Source: Squalus acanthias (Eukaryota). From it: a DNA stretch of 64,000 nucleotides. The translations under genes were made by a program, and so were the position numbers. Shown in pieces: positions 1-12,148 of the stretch. Under the pieces are notes generated by a model that saw only the letters and a list, made by a program, of their open reading frames with translations, searched no databases and was not told the origin of the DNA. How positions within the stretch are numbered: the stretch's first letter is position 1; the number at the start of each line of letters is the position of its first letter. Location of the stretch: positions 3,968,001 to 4,032,000 of the forward strand of contig CM059433.1 of the NCBI GenBank assembly GCA_030390025.1. Reading direction: 5' to 3'.

Positions 1-230
1 AGGAGGGGGGAAAGGAGAGGGGATCAGAGTGGAGATCGGAGGGAGAGAGGAGAGGAGGGGGGAAAGGAGAGGGGATCAGAGCGGGGATTGGAGGGGGAGA
101 GGAGAGAGGATCGGAGGGGGAGAGGAGAGGGGATTGGAGGGGGGAGAGGAGAGGGGATTGGAGGAGGGGGAAGGGCAGGAGCTTGGGGGGGAGAGAAGTT
201 CAGCAACTCGGTGGGGTGGAGAAGGTCAGG
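1..230. repeat. Purine-rich (GA/GGA) low-complexity tract
   Basis: Almost pure G/A sequence with repeated GGAGAGGGGAT(C/T) units; it produces the spurious Pro-rich and Gly/Glu-rich ORFs. Confidence 0.9.
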
Positions 231-1003
231 AACTCAGGGTGGGGGAAGAGCACAGAGAGAACAGTGGGGATGGTGGAAGAACTTGATCCAGGTCTAAAGG
301 TGGGGGGATGAGAGTGAGAACGTGCTCCAGATGGGAAGATGGATCACATTCTCTCCCCTCTGTTAGGCGTGGATCACATTCTTGTTGGGGGTGGGGGGGG
401 TGCAGGTCCTAATTCGGGAGGGTGAGCCCTGTCTGTTCTCTGAACAGCTCTGTAAGCTCTGTCTGGAGCCTGGCTGCCACAATGAATGGATCAAATTGCA
501 CATTGCAAAAATGTTGATGACTCAGGCAGGCAGTATCTAATTACACATTCCAGACAAACTGCTGGGTGTGTTTTGTCCTCCAAGGGGACCAATCAGAAAT
601 CTGGTCTTGTCATCCAAGGTGACCAATCAGAACTTTGGTGTTGCATATACACATTGGATATTCCTTCCTTTCACTCATCAACCAATGTTAGTGCTGGGGA
701 ATGGAACGATCAGATACAGAGTCAATTCTGAACCCCATCAACAACCCCAGATGATGGTTTTTTTATTCCATGTTCCCCTTCCACAGCAACAATCCTGTGG
801 CCTCTCTGAGTGAGATTACCAATTAGTGCCAAGTTAGGGACAGTTGTTTTCTGTAGGCCCATGACCACTGGGAAATGGATTGAAAATGACCAAAAATCAA
901 TTCACTTTGGATCCTCACAGCCAGCGAGCCCAGACTGGACTCAAACCTAAATCTCAGAGGAAAGACCCGTGTCTAATTGGGTGCATCACCCAGTTTCCCA
1001 GAT

Positions 1004-1598
1004 AGTTGTACAAGGCCTTGGTGAGACCACACCTTGAGTACTGTGTGCAGTTTTGGTCGCCTTATCTGAGGAAGGATGTTCTTGCCATGGAAGGAGTTCA
1101 GCGAAGATTCACAAGGCTGATACCTGGGATGGCAGGAATGACATATGAGGAGAGATTGGGTCGATTGGGCTTATACTCGCTGGAGTATAGAAGAATGAGA
1201 GGGGATCTCATCAATACATATAAAATTCTGACAGGTCTGGACAAACTAGATGCAGGAAGAATGTTCCCGATGGTCGGAGAGTCCAGAACCAGGGGTCATA
1301 ATCAAAGGATAAGGGGTAAGCCATTTAGGACAGAAATGAGGAAGAATTTCTTCACCCAGAAAGTGGTGAACCTGTGGAATTCTCTACCACAGAAGGTAGT
1401 TGAGGCCAAGTCATTAAATATATTCAAGAATGAGTTAGATATATTTCTTAAAGCTAAAGGTATCAAGGGATATGGGGAGAAAGCAGGGACAGGGTACTGA
1501 GTTCGGATGATCAGCCATGATCTCATCGAATGGTGGAGCAGGCTCGAGGGGCCGAATGGCCTACTCCTGCTCCTATCTTCTATGTTTCTATGTTTCTA
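1004..1598 (+). mobile_element. CR1 LINE (HER1-like), 5'-truncated 3' fragment
   Basis: ORF 1006-1500 encodes the CR1 ORF2 C-terminus (YKALVRPHLEYCVQFWSP...TRGH...FFTQKVVNLWNSLP), followed by the 3' UTR and a (TTCTATGT)n tail. Confidence 0.95.
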
Positions 1599-2883
1599 TA
1601 GTCCCATTTTTAATCAGGATGACCAACAGCATAATGATGGTACCAATAAAGTCAAATACTACCTGTTCTCTGGCCTATTGAGTAAACATATATATTTTTA
1701 AGGTCACTGTCCCATTTTGCAGTAGCTATTGCACAGTAGTAGATATTGCTCGGAGCTTGCATTTAGCGCTGCACTTGATTTGATCACTGAACATCAAATC
1801 ATTTTTTTTTAAACTTTTGATTGGAAAGAAAATATAAAACTTTACTTTTTCTAAATTTTTGGCATTTTTTTTCCAGGCACCAGTCCTGATGGTGATTCGA
1901 ACGTGCATTTAATTCTCAGTGCATTCAAATATCTGAAAAAATCTTCAAAGCCGGGAGGAAAAGACGCAGACTGAGTTCTCCAGCTATCGGTGATGCTCTG
2001 TGCACTATTTGATGAGCTTGCCTGTCAAGCATCCAACAGAATTTACAAGGCACCTGTAGGTCTGCGGTGAGGGAAACCAGCTATCGATCGAGCATTTCAG
2101 CGATGTCGTGTGCCTTAAATTATGAACACCGTCAATGCCACATTTTATAAATCTTGCAATGCATTTAGTGCATCAGTCTCTGAACTGATGGCATTGGGCA
2201 AGACAGTGCGCCTGACATGTATGAATTAAAGGCAGCGAGGTCAGGCTGGAAATAATGAATCATCTGTTCCACCATTTGTAACAGAGTCAATATAAAACCA
2301 AATTAATTTTGCAATGACTCACTGTGGTGCTTCCTGCCCAAGCGCTTTTACAGAGAGGAAATCCTATTTAAAGGTATACCTTTTAAATGAGATTAACTGG
2401 GCAAGATTTCCTGTGGCATATATGACAAACGTAATTGTATTTTTTTTTCAGTCTGCGAGCTATTTGTAGAATGCTGTGGGAGGTTTCTTAATGCGTGTCA
2501 CACATACTTTGACAGTTGATGGGCTCTATCCTGCGGATCGTTTGTCGATTAGAATCTAACCGAATGGAAACTGCCAAGAGTTGAGGGCGTCTTGAGAAAA
2601 TGAGGTGTGTGGAAGGGAGGGGAGGGGTAGCTCGATAATAAATACTTGTGAACATGATGTGCATTAAACGTTTACAAAAAAAATCAGAATTCACAGCTGA
2701 CCTTTCAGTCACCCGTGTTTTTGCATTTCTTGAATAAAAGAATCTTCGTTAATAATGATTGTTATGAGTCTCCTGTGATATTTCTAGCTGATTGCGACGG
2801 AAATTTAGGACAACAGTCAGAGAATATTTTGTGTTACATCCTGTAGACTCGGTTTTGTTCACTTGACAGTAATAAAGACCCAC

Positions 2884-3158
2884 CTGAAAAGTTTTATGGA
2901 AAATGTGCGGTGATGAGTGCCACAGGTAATCTGTTAAAATGGCACTGATTCGGGAAATGAAGGAAATTCCTTTTAAAACACTGGTGAATTCTGAGCCTTT
3001 TGAAACTATTGAAAGTGGGATCATGAACTGCTGATTTTTGATGGTAAACAGAACTGCCTGGGATCGAGAAACACCCCCTGTGTCTGCAGGACTTGGGACT
3101 ATTTTGAAGCCTGGTGGTGTGCTTGGCCCGTTCAACTTCCCTTCAGGGAAATGAGTAC
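2884..3158 (-). CDS. Candidate internal coding exon of an unidentified host gene (275 nt, phase 1 to phase 0)
   Basis: Lies inside a 201-codon stop-free frame in unique AT-rich DNA. Acceptor tctcatttcattttatttctttcgacAG, donor CAG/GTgggt. Encodes THFPEGKLNGPSTPPGFKIV...SAILTDYLWHSSPHIFHKTFQ, which I do not recognise. Confidence 0.5.
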
Positions 3159-3294
3159 CTGTCGAAAGAAATAAAATGAAATGAGACAAAGTACCAGAGT
3201 GTTCTAGTTTCACATGGTGTCTGTGGCATAACCAGAATACATGGTGGATTTGCATGAAATGCAGAAAATATTTCATAATAATTTGATCATAAAT

Positions 3295-6200
3295 GGACTG
3301 GATCCCGCAGGAAAAATAATGGCGTGCTAAAGATGCGCACTTATTAATGTACAAATAGGCTAACTAACTGAGTCAGAGGGTTAAGAGGTACGGCGGGAGT
3401 TACGAATCTACAGAACTCGCCGGTGGATTTTCGCCGCTCCACCGTTTGCTTCGCACAAAAGGCACCGCGCCCTCAGCCTCCACGTTATTTTTAAGAACTT
3501 GCTGGATTTGCACATTAATTACCCATTAAACTCGCTGCAGAAAGTTAAGTCTGCCCTCTGAAATGGCCTAGCAAATCACTCAGTTGTAACTAACCGCTAC
3601 GAAACATAATAAGAATGAAACCGGACGGACCACCCGGCATCGACCTCGGCACCGGCTACGGACACGGCAACGGCACACCCAGCCCAGTCGACCCTGCAAA
3701 GTCCTCCTCACCAACATCTGGGGACTTGTGCCAAAATTGGGAGAGCTGTCCCACAGACTAGTCAAGCAAAAGCCTGGCATAGTCATACTCACAGAATCAT
3801 ACCTTTCAGCTAATGGTCCGAACTCCTCCATCACCATCCCTGGGTATGTCCTGTCCCACTGGCAGGACAGACCCACCGGGGGTGGTGGCACAGTGGTATA
3901 CAGTCGGGAACAAGTGGCCCTGGGAGTTCCCAACATTGTCTCCGGACCCCATGAAGTCTCATGGCTTCAGGTCAAGCATAGGCAAGGAAACCTCCTGCTG
4001 ATTACCACCTACCGCCCTCCCTCAGCTGATGAATCAGTACTCCTCCATGCTGAACACCACTTGGAAGAAGCACTGAGAGTAGTGAGGGCACAGAATGTAC
4101 TCTGGGTGGGGGACTTCAATGTCCATCATCAAGAGTTACTCGGTAGCACCACTACTGACTGAGCTGGCCGAGTCCTGAAAACGTAACTGCGAATCTGGGC
4201 CTGCGACAGGTGGTGAGTGAACCAACACGAGGGAAAAACCTACTTGACCTCATCCTCACCAATCTACCTGTCACAGATGCATCTGTCCATGACAGCATTG
4301 ACCACCGCACAGTCATTGTGGAGACGAAGTCCCGTCTTCACACTGAGGACACCCTCTATCGTGTTGTGTGGCACTACCACTGTGCTAAATGGGATAGATT
4401 CAGAACAGATCTAGCAGCTCAAAACTGGGCATCCATGAGGTGCTGTGGGCCATCAGCAGCAGCAGAATTGTATTCCACCTCAATCTGTAACCTCATGGCT
4501 CGGCATATCCCTCACTCTACCATTACCACCAAACCAGGGGACCAACCCTGGTTCAACAACGAGTGAAGAAGAGCATGCCAGGAGCAGCACCAGGCGTACC
4601 TAAAAATGAGGTGCCAACCTGGGGAAGCTGCAACACAGGACTACATGCATGCTAAACAACGGAAGCAACATGCTATAGACAGGGCTAAGCGATCCCACAA
4701 TCAACGGATCAGATCAAAGCTCTGCAGTCCTGTCACATTCAGTTGTGAATGATGGTGGACCATTAAACAACTAATGGGAGGAGGAGGCTCCATGAATATC
4801 TCCATCCTCAATGATGGTGGAGCCCAGCACGTGAGTGCAAAAGACAAAGCTGAAGCATTTGCAACCTTCTTCAGCCAGAAGTGCCGAGTGGATGATCCAT
4901 ATCGGCCTCCTCCTGAGGCACCCACCATCACAGAAGCCAGTCTTCAGCCAATTCGATTCACTCCACGTGATATCAAGAAACGGCTGAGCGCACTGGATAC
5001 AGCAAAGGCTATGGGCCCTGACAACATCCCAGCTGTCGTGCTGCAGACTTGTGCTCCAGAACTAGCCGCGCCTCTAGCCAAGCTGTTCCGGTACAGCTAC
5101 AACACTGGCATCTATCCAACAATGTGGAAAACTGCTCAGGTATGTCCTGTCCACAAAAAGCAGGACAAATCCAATCCAGCCAATTACTGCCAAATCAGTC
5201 TACTCTCAATCATCAGCAAAGTGATGGAAGGTGTCATCGACAGTGCTATCAAGCGGCACTTACTCACCAATAACCTGCTCACTGATGCTCAGTTTGGGTT
5301 CCGCCAAAACCACTCGGCTCCCGACCTCATTACAGCCTTGGTCCAAACATGGACAAAGGAGCTGAATTCCAGAGGTGAGGTGAGAGTGACTGCCCTTGAC
5401 ATCAAGGCAGCATTTGACCGAGACTGTCATCAAGGAGCCCTAGTAAAACTAAAGTCAATGGGAATCAGGGAGAAAACGCTCCACTGGCTGGAGTCATACC
5501 TAGCACAAAGGAAGATGGTTGTGGTGGTTGAAAGTCAATCATCACAGCCCCAGGACGTCGCTGCAGGAGTTCCTCAGGGCAGTGTCCTAGGCCCAACCAT
5601 CTTCAGCTGCTTCATCAATGACCTTCCCTCCAACATAAGATCAGAAATGGGGATGTTCGCTGATGACTGCACAGTGTTCAGCGCCATTCGCAACTCCACA
5701 GATAATGAAGCAGTCCATGCCCGCATGCAACACGACCTGGACGACATTCAGGCCTGGGCTGATAAGTGGCAGGTGACATTCGCGCCACAGAAGTGGCAGG
5801 CAATGACTATCTCCAACAAGCGAGAGTCTAACCACCTCCCCTTGACATTCATAGATTCAATGGCATTAACATCGCCGAATCCCCCACTATCAACATCCTG
5901 GGGGTCGCCATTGACCAGAAACTTAACTGGACCAGCCACATAAATATTGTGGCAACAAGAGCAGGTCAGAGGCTAGGTATTCTGCGGTGAGTGTCTCAAC
6001 TCCTGACTCCCCAAAGCCTTTCCACCATCTACAAGGCACAAGTAAGGAGTGTGATGGAATACTCTCCACTTGCCTGGATGAGTGCAGCTCCAACAACACT
6101 CAAGAAGCTCGACACCATCCAGGACAAAGCAGCCCATCTGATTGGCACCCCATCCATCACCTTAAACATTCACTGCCTCCACCACCGGCGTACCGTGGCT

Positions 6201-7063
6201 GCAGTGTGTACCATCTACAAGATGCACTGCAGCAACTCGCTAAGGCTTCTTCGGCAGCACCTCCCAAACCCGCGACCTCTTCCACCTAGAAGGAGAAGGG
6301 CAGCAGGCACATGGGAACACCACCACCTCCAAGTTCCCCTACAAGTCACACACCATCCTGACTTAGAAGTATATTGCCGATCCTTCATCATCGCTGGGTC
6401 AAAATCCTGGAACTCCCTACCTAACAGCACTGTGGGAGTACCTTCACCACACGGACTGCAGCGGTTCAAGAAGGCAGCTCACCTTCTCAAGGGCAACTAG
6501 GGATGAGCAATAAATGCTGGCCTTGCCATTGACGCCCACATCCCATAAACAAATTTAAAAAATTAAGAGTGTAAGTACCCTTTTAACGACGTGATAATTA
6601 TTAATGCAATGCCAATCAACCTCTCTGGTCCAGAAAGGGAGCAATTTAAAGTGTTCAATCTGATTCCTGCAAGTAGTAAATTGTTGTTGGAGATTTTTTT
6701 TTTAATTAAAATTTAAAATGTTTACATTTTTTCTTACTCTTCCTTTTTGTCTCTTTTTTGCTCTCTCTCTCTTAATCTAATCTTTCCCTCTCTTTATTTC
6801 ACTTTCTGTACCTGATTTCACTCTAATTCACCCTCCTTCTCCGTCGTTCCTCTGTTTCTTTCTCAATCCTTAAAACTCATTGGTTAAGGAGATAGACAGT
6901 TGGTCCCACCTTCACTGAGATCCCAGATGCCCTGTTGCTCCCGTTATCAGCTCGCACTTCCAGTAACTTACAGAGCAAAAATCTTTTGAGCTGAAGGGTG
7001 CAGGAAGAAAGTCTAACCAACAGGGCGCGCCGTGAGATTTCCTGCTCCAGCAGGTTCCAGACC
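3295..7063. mobile_element. Harbinger-type MITE (about 3295-3550 plus 6564-7063) interrupted by a LINE
   Basis: Imperfect TIRs GGACTGGATC / GTTCCAGACC with AAT on both sides (3292-3294, 7064-7066). A related copy at about 55920-56243 reads across the interruption point. Confidence 0.75.
3551..6563 (+). mobile_element. Near full-length decayed non-LTR retrotransposon ('family A', CR1/Jockey-group-like APE-RT ORF), pseudogenised
   Basis: APE endonuclease motifs (LTNIWGL, IVILTES, YRPP, VGDFNVH, LLDLILTN, DH) and RT motifs (KAMGPDNIP, QFGFR, LDIKAAFD, GVPQGSVLGP, FADD). C-terminus ends ...LLKGN*, then a short 3' UTR with AATAAA and an A-rich tail. Several stops and frameshifts. Confidence 0.95.
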
Positions 7064-7341
7064 AATATAATTCTTCCATCCCTGTGTGCCTGTGATTTGT
7101 AAAGGCAGTTAGCATGGAAATTTTCGATGAATCATCCGCCAATATCCTCCAATTATCTTTATCTGTGTCCTTCTATGCCTTTTTGTGGATAATGAGCACT
7201 GATGATAACAACAGAACTATCACAGAAATGCTGTTTGGTACGAGAGGCTACTGGTTCAAATCCCACCATAGCAAGTTGAGAAATTGAATTAGGGGCCATC
7301 AATATAAGATAGTCACTAATAAATCCAATAAAGAATTTAGA

Positions 7342-7540
7342 CAAACTTCTTTACCCAGAGAGTGATTAGAATGTGGAACTCGCTACCACAGGGAGTAGCT
7401 GAGATGAATGACATAGATGCCTTGAAGGAGAAGCTGGATAAGGACAGAAAGGAGAAAGGAATCGAAGTGGAGCACAAACACCGGCATAGACCAGTTGGGC
7501 CAAGTGGCCTGTTTCTGTGCTGTACATTTTATGTAATTCA
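7342..7540 (+). mobile_element. Old CR1 3' fragment
   Basis: Translates to (FFTQRV)IRMWNSLPQGV...LKEKLD, followed by a CR1-type 3' UTR. Confidence 0.7.
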
Positions 7541-7569
7541 AATATTGTTTTCTTCTTCTTCTTAGATTT

Positions 7570-7675
7570 TTCAATTCTGATGAGGGTTTTGCATCCAAAG
7601 TGTTAACTTAGCTTTTGTTCCGAGATGTTTAATTCAACTGCTGTGCATTTCCAATGTTTTCCGTTTATTTTTTAT
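7570..7675 (+). mobile_element. Degenerate Penelope-type 3' end with eroded hammerhead motif
   Basis: aattCTGATGAgggt...atccaaagtgttaact...agatg...ctgctgtgcatttcca resembles the Penelope 3' end at 61184-61300. Confidence 0.45.
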
Positions 7676-7689
7676 TCTTATAGTCTTGG

Positions 7690-8582
7690 TATCAGCCTTA
7701 GCTCAGTGGTAGCATTCTCACCTCTGAGTTAGAAGGCCGTGGGGTTCAAGCTTGGGACGCGAGCACATAATCTAGGCTGATACTTCAAGGCTATGCTGTC
7801 TCTCAGATGAAATGTTAAACCAAAGCCCTGTCCACCATTTCACAGGTGGATGTAAAAGATCCCACGGCACCATTTGAAGAAGAGCAGGGGAATTGTCCTG
7901 GCCAAGACGAATCCCCTGGTCAACACCATATTATCTGCTTATTTATCTCATTGTTTTTTTGTGGGATCTTTCTGTGTCAAAAACTTGCCTGCTGCGTTTC
8001 GTTACATTGCAGCAGTGACTACATTTCAAAAAAGTACTAAATTAGCTGTGAAAGAGAGAGAGACTTGCAGTTCTACAGCGCCTTTCACAACCACCTCAAA
8101 GCACTTTACAGCCAATGAAGTACTATTTGAAGTGTAGTCACTGTTGTAATGTGGGAAATGTGGCAGCCAATTTGCACACAGCAAGCTCCCACAAACAGCA
8201 ATGTGATAATGACCAGATAATCTGTTTTTGTTATGTTGGTTGAGGGATAAATATTGGCCACAGGTCACAACTTCCCTGCTCTTCTTCAAAATAGTGCCCA
8301 TGGGGATCTTTTATTTCCTCCTGAGTGAGAGAGCAGAGGGGGCCTCGGTTTAACATCTCATCTGAAAGACAGCATCTCCAACAGCGTAGCGCTCCCTCAG
8401 CATTGCACCGGAGCGTCAGCCTAGCTTTATATGCTCAAGTCCCTGGAGTGGGACTTGAACCCACGATCTTCGTGACGCAGAGGCGAGTGTGCTACCCACT
8501 GAGCCACAGCTGACACAGTGAAGCCCTTTGGGACATTCTGAGGTGATGGAAGGTGCTATATAAATGCAAGTTCTTTCTTTAT
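7690..8582 (+). mobile_element. Deu-domain tRNA-SINE (SacSINE1-like), host copy split by a second copy
   Basis: A box TAGCTCAGTGG, B box GGTTCAAG, Deu-type body, and tail GCTATATAAATGCAAGTTCTTTCTTT resuming at 8518. Confidence 0.85.
8053..8517 (-). mobile_element. Deu-domain tRNA-SINE, full length, nested antisense inside another copy
   Basis: Complete reverse-complement SINE flanked by the GTGAA duplication (8048-8052, 8518-8522). Confidence 0.9.
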
Positions 8583-9086
8583 CTCATGGCTCCCCTTGTT
8601 ACCACTCTTGTACAGTTGAAAGATTTGGATGAGTAGCTCTTTGCTTTGATCTGATTTTCAATTACAATAATGTACAGGTGAGCTCATGTGTGATTTCATC
8701 TTCTTCTCAGCAGGAATGCGCTTTGCAATCAATTCACCCTGAAAAACAGGTGATGAGGGGCGAGCACATCATTGGCTGACAGGAAGCTGTTTTTAAATTA
8801 CAGCATATGGCTGCGCCTGATTAATCAAAGCCATATTTTTGGTAAAACAAATTGAGTTATCCAATAATTCGGTTTAAACATTGAAGAACTTTTGAATGAT
8901 CAGATAATTTGAAATTTTTACCATCGTAGCTAGAGAGGTTACCTGGCAGAGTAAACAGCCCGTCTGTTGTAGGATACGGCCCTATTTTCTCTGCCGCTCC
9001 ACCAGTTTGCTGCCCAAGCAGTGACGGTGAAGGTGTTCTTTATTGTTGGGTCCGTGAGAGTTGAATTTTTCAGTATTAAAATCATA

Positions 9087-9980
9087 GGGAGAAAAATTCG
9101 GTTGGTTTGCGCCTCCTGTTAGAGCCTTAAGAGGGCACTAATGGGGCGCAAAGCAACTAGCGCCCGGGCACGGCGATGTTTGCGCCGCTCACGAAATTGA
9201 CTAGACATTTTGCGGCGGTGCTAAACACTACCACCACGATCTCCTGCGCCCGCAGATCGTGACGTCAGTCGAGTGTGCAACGCCCCGGTAGCACCCCAGA
9301 CCGGATATTGAGTGGCGCCCCCTGTCTTACTGCCTGCCGCTAGCAACGACAGGTTGAGGGGAGCGTTTTGAAGTCGGGAAGGGACTGGGGGAGCGCTATT
9401 TAAAGGCGACCGCCTCCTGCATTTTTTTGTCGGTGAAATTTTTGCACCACGCATTCTGAGTGAGAGAGAGAGAGACTGCAGGAGAAATTCAAAGCTGTGT
9501 TCAGCAGTTTAGGGTACTGAGCAGCACTTTGCAGGTTCTTTCTGGTTTGATCTTCCTTGCATCGATTTAGAAGAGACTGTGGGGGGTGCACGCTGAGTTC
9601 TTTCCCTGGGCCTCTCCATTGTTCTTTCCAGCAGATTTGATGTACAGGTCTCTCCAGGCCGAGATTCAAGGCTGCAATGAGCAGGATGTGGATGGAGAGC
9701 AAGATCAACCCTCCCCTTTAAGAACTGGCCGGCGCCATTGTATCTCTGTTCCATTGCTGACTGACATCACATGAGCTTCGCCAGCGCTCCTCGGTAGCGC
9801 CTCGCTCCTCGGCCTTTGCGCCTTAAGACAGATGTGTAGCGCCTGATTTAGCTCTCCAATCACCTCCAGGGGCGATAAAAGGCAAGTTTGCATTTGGAGG
9901 CGATAATTAGCGCCAGGCACTAAACTTTGCGCCCATCCGATAATCGTGCCCCAAACGGAGCGATACTGAATTTCTCCCCC
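9087..9980. mobile_element. Harbinger-type non-autonomous element, family B, copy 1
   Basis: TIRs GGGAGAAAAATTC / GAATTTCTCCCCC, TSD ATA. Homologous to 19420-20246 and, inverted, to 30893-31766. Confidence 0.85.
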
Positions 9981-11400
9981 ATAGAATCATAACGGCACAG
10001 AAGGAGACCATTCGGCCCATCGTGCCTGTGCCAGTTTTTGAAAGAGCTCTCCAATCAGTCCCACTCCCCCTTTCTTTCCCCATAGCCCTGCAAATGTTTC
10101 CTTTTCAAGTATTTATCCAATTCTCTTTTGAAAGTTACGATTGAATCTGCTTCCACCAGCCTTTCAGTCGATGCTTTCCAGAACATAACAATTCGCTGCG
10201 TAAAAAATATTCTCCTCATTTCTCCCCTTGGATTTTATTGCCAATCTTAAATCTGTGTCCTCTGGTTACTGCCCTTCTGCCAGTGGAAACAGTTTTTTAA
10301 ATCTGTGTCCTCTGGTTACTGCCCTTCTGCCAGTGGAAATAGTTTTTTAAATTTTGTTCATGGGATGTGGGCGTCGCTGGCAAGACCAGCATTTATTGCC
10401 CATCCCTAATTGCCCTTGAGAAGGTGGTGAGTCGCCGCCTTCTTGAACCGCTGCAGTCCATGTGGTGAAGGTGCTCCCACAGTGCTGTTAGGGAGGGAGT
10501 TCCAGGATTTTGACCCAGCGACGATGAAGGATCGATGATATACTTCTAAGTCAGGAGGGTGTGTGACTTGGAGGGGAACTTGGAGGTGGTGGTGTTCCCA
10601 TGCGCCTGCTGCCCTTGTCCTTCTAGGTGGAAGAGGTCGCGGGTTTGGGAGGTGCTGCCAAAGAAGCCTTGGCGAGTTGCTGCAGTGCATCTTGTAGATG
10701 GTACACACTGCAGCCACGGTACACCGGTGGTGGAGGGAGTGAATGTTTAAGGTGGTGGATGGGGTGCCAATCAAGCGGGTTGCTTTGTCCTGGATGGTGT
10801 CGAGCTTCTTGAGTGTTGTTGGAGCTGCACTCACCCAGGCAAGTGGAGAGTATTCCATCACACTCCTGACTTGTGCCTTGTAGATGGTGGAAAGGCTTTG
10901 GGGAGTCAGGAGGTGAGACACTTACCGCAGAATACCCAGCCTCTGACCTGCTCTTGTAGCCACAGTATTTATGTGGCTGGTCCAGTTAAGTTTCTGGTCA
11001 ATGGTGACCCCCAGGATGTTGATGGTGCGGGATTTGGCGATGGTAATGCCGTTGAATGTCAAGGGGCGGTGGTTAGACTCTCGCTTGTTGGAGATAGTCA
11101 TTGCCTGGCACTTGCATGGCGCGAATGTTACCTGCCACTTATCAGCCCAAGCCTGAACGTTGCTCAGGTTTTGTTGCATGCGGGGATGGACTGCTTCATT
11201 ATCTGAGGATTTGTGAATGGCACTGAACACTGTGCAGTCATCAGCGAACATCCCCATTTCTGACCTTTCTCCCTATCTATTCTATCAACAATACTCAAAA
11301 TTTGGAGACCTCTATTAAATTGCTCGAAGGAGAATAATCCCAACTTCTGTAGTCTCTCTACATAACTGAAATCCCTCTTCCCTGGTACCATTCTGGTAAA
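9981..11400 (-). mobile_element. Old CR1 3' fragment (9981-10296 plus 11267-11400) interrupted by a family A LINE
   Basis: (ATCATAGA) tail and CR1 3' UTR; after the insertion it resumes with MVPGKRDFSYVERLQKLGLFSFEQ. Confidence 0.8.
10347..11266 (-). mobile_element. Family A LINE, 5'-truncated copy
   Basis: ORFs 10922-11257 (MGMFADD...) and 10406-10921 (...HHLLKGN) match the 3' third of 3551-6563. Confidence 0.95.
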
Positions 11401-11404
11401 TCAA

Positions 11405-11610
11405 AAGAAAGAACTTGCATTTATATAGCACCTTATCATGTCCTCAGGACATCCCAAAGTGCTCCACAATCCAATCAATTACTCTTGAAGTAGAATCACT
11501 TTTGTTAAATGGATAAACGTGGCAGCCAATTTGCACACAGAAAGATCCCACAAATAGAAATGCGATGAATGTCCAATTAATATGTTTTTGCTGGTGTTAT
11601 TTGAGGGAGG
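11405..11610 (-). mobile_element. Deu-domain SINE 3' fragment
   Basis: AAAGAAAGAACTTGCATTTATATAGC tail and body similar to other copies. Confidence 0.75.
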
Positions 11611-12148
11611 GGTGCAGTGTTAGTTTTAGGGGTTTTTGTTTTTCTTTAATATTGACATCCAAGAGATTTGGAGGCAAGGTTTTTCCTTGCTACAATTAAA
11701 ATTCTGGACATTCTTTTTACTCCATTTGGAGAAGGAAAAAGTTGATGAAAGCAAGGATGAAAAACAGATGTGCTTACCCTAGAGGGAGACTGCCCACACT
11801 CACCCGTACCTACACAGCCATGTCTACAGACCCAAGCACATCTATCTGGCAATATCCAAAGGAAACTGCGCTTGCAAGCTCTGCTGCACCAGAGGGGCAA
11901 TAACAGAATTCAGGGCTGGGCATCCTACCGTATATTTACATTTATTTGGGATTGATGCAAACAAACTGTTGGTTTTTGACATCAGGAAATGCCACACAAA
12001 TTCAGGATTTATTGAATGGTCTATTGAAACTTGTGCTGGGTGATGGAAGTCTAGTGGGAACAGGCATGCAAGACTTTCACTAATGCTTGAGGTATTTAAA
12101 AAGACTTGTACCACTTTTTTAACAATTGGCCCTTCCTTCTCACTCTAT

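Noticed and set aside
24..297. Pro-rich and Gly/Glu-rich ORFs
   Set aside because: Products of the purine low-complexity tract.
1877..1975. Plus-strand acceptor (ttttttttccAG) followed by a short frame
   Set aside because: All three frames hit stops before a convincing donor.
11779..12050. Minus-strand exon candidates near 11.8-12.0 kb
   Set aside because: Several mutually incompatible splice-site and frame choices and no recognisable peptide, so the support is insufficient.
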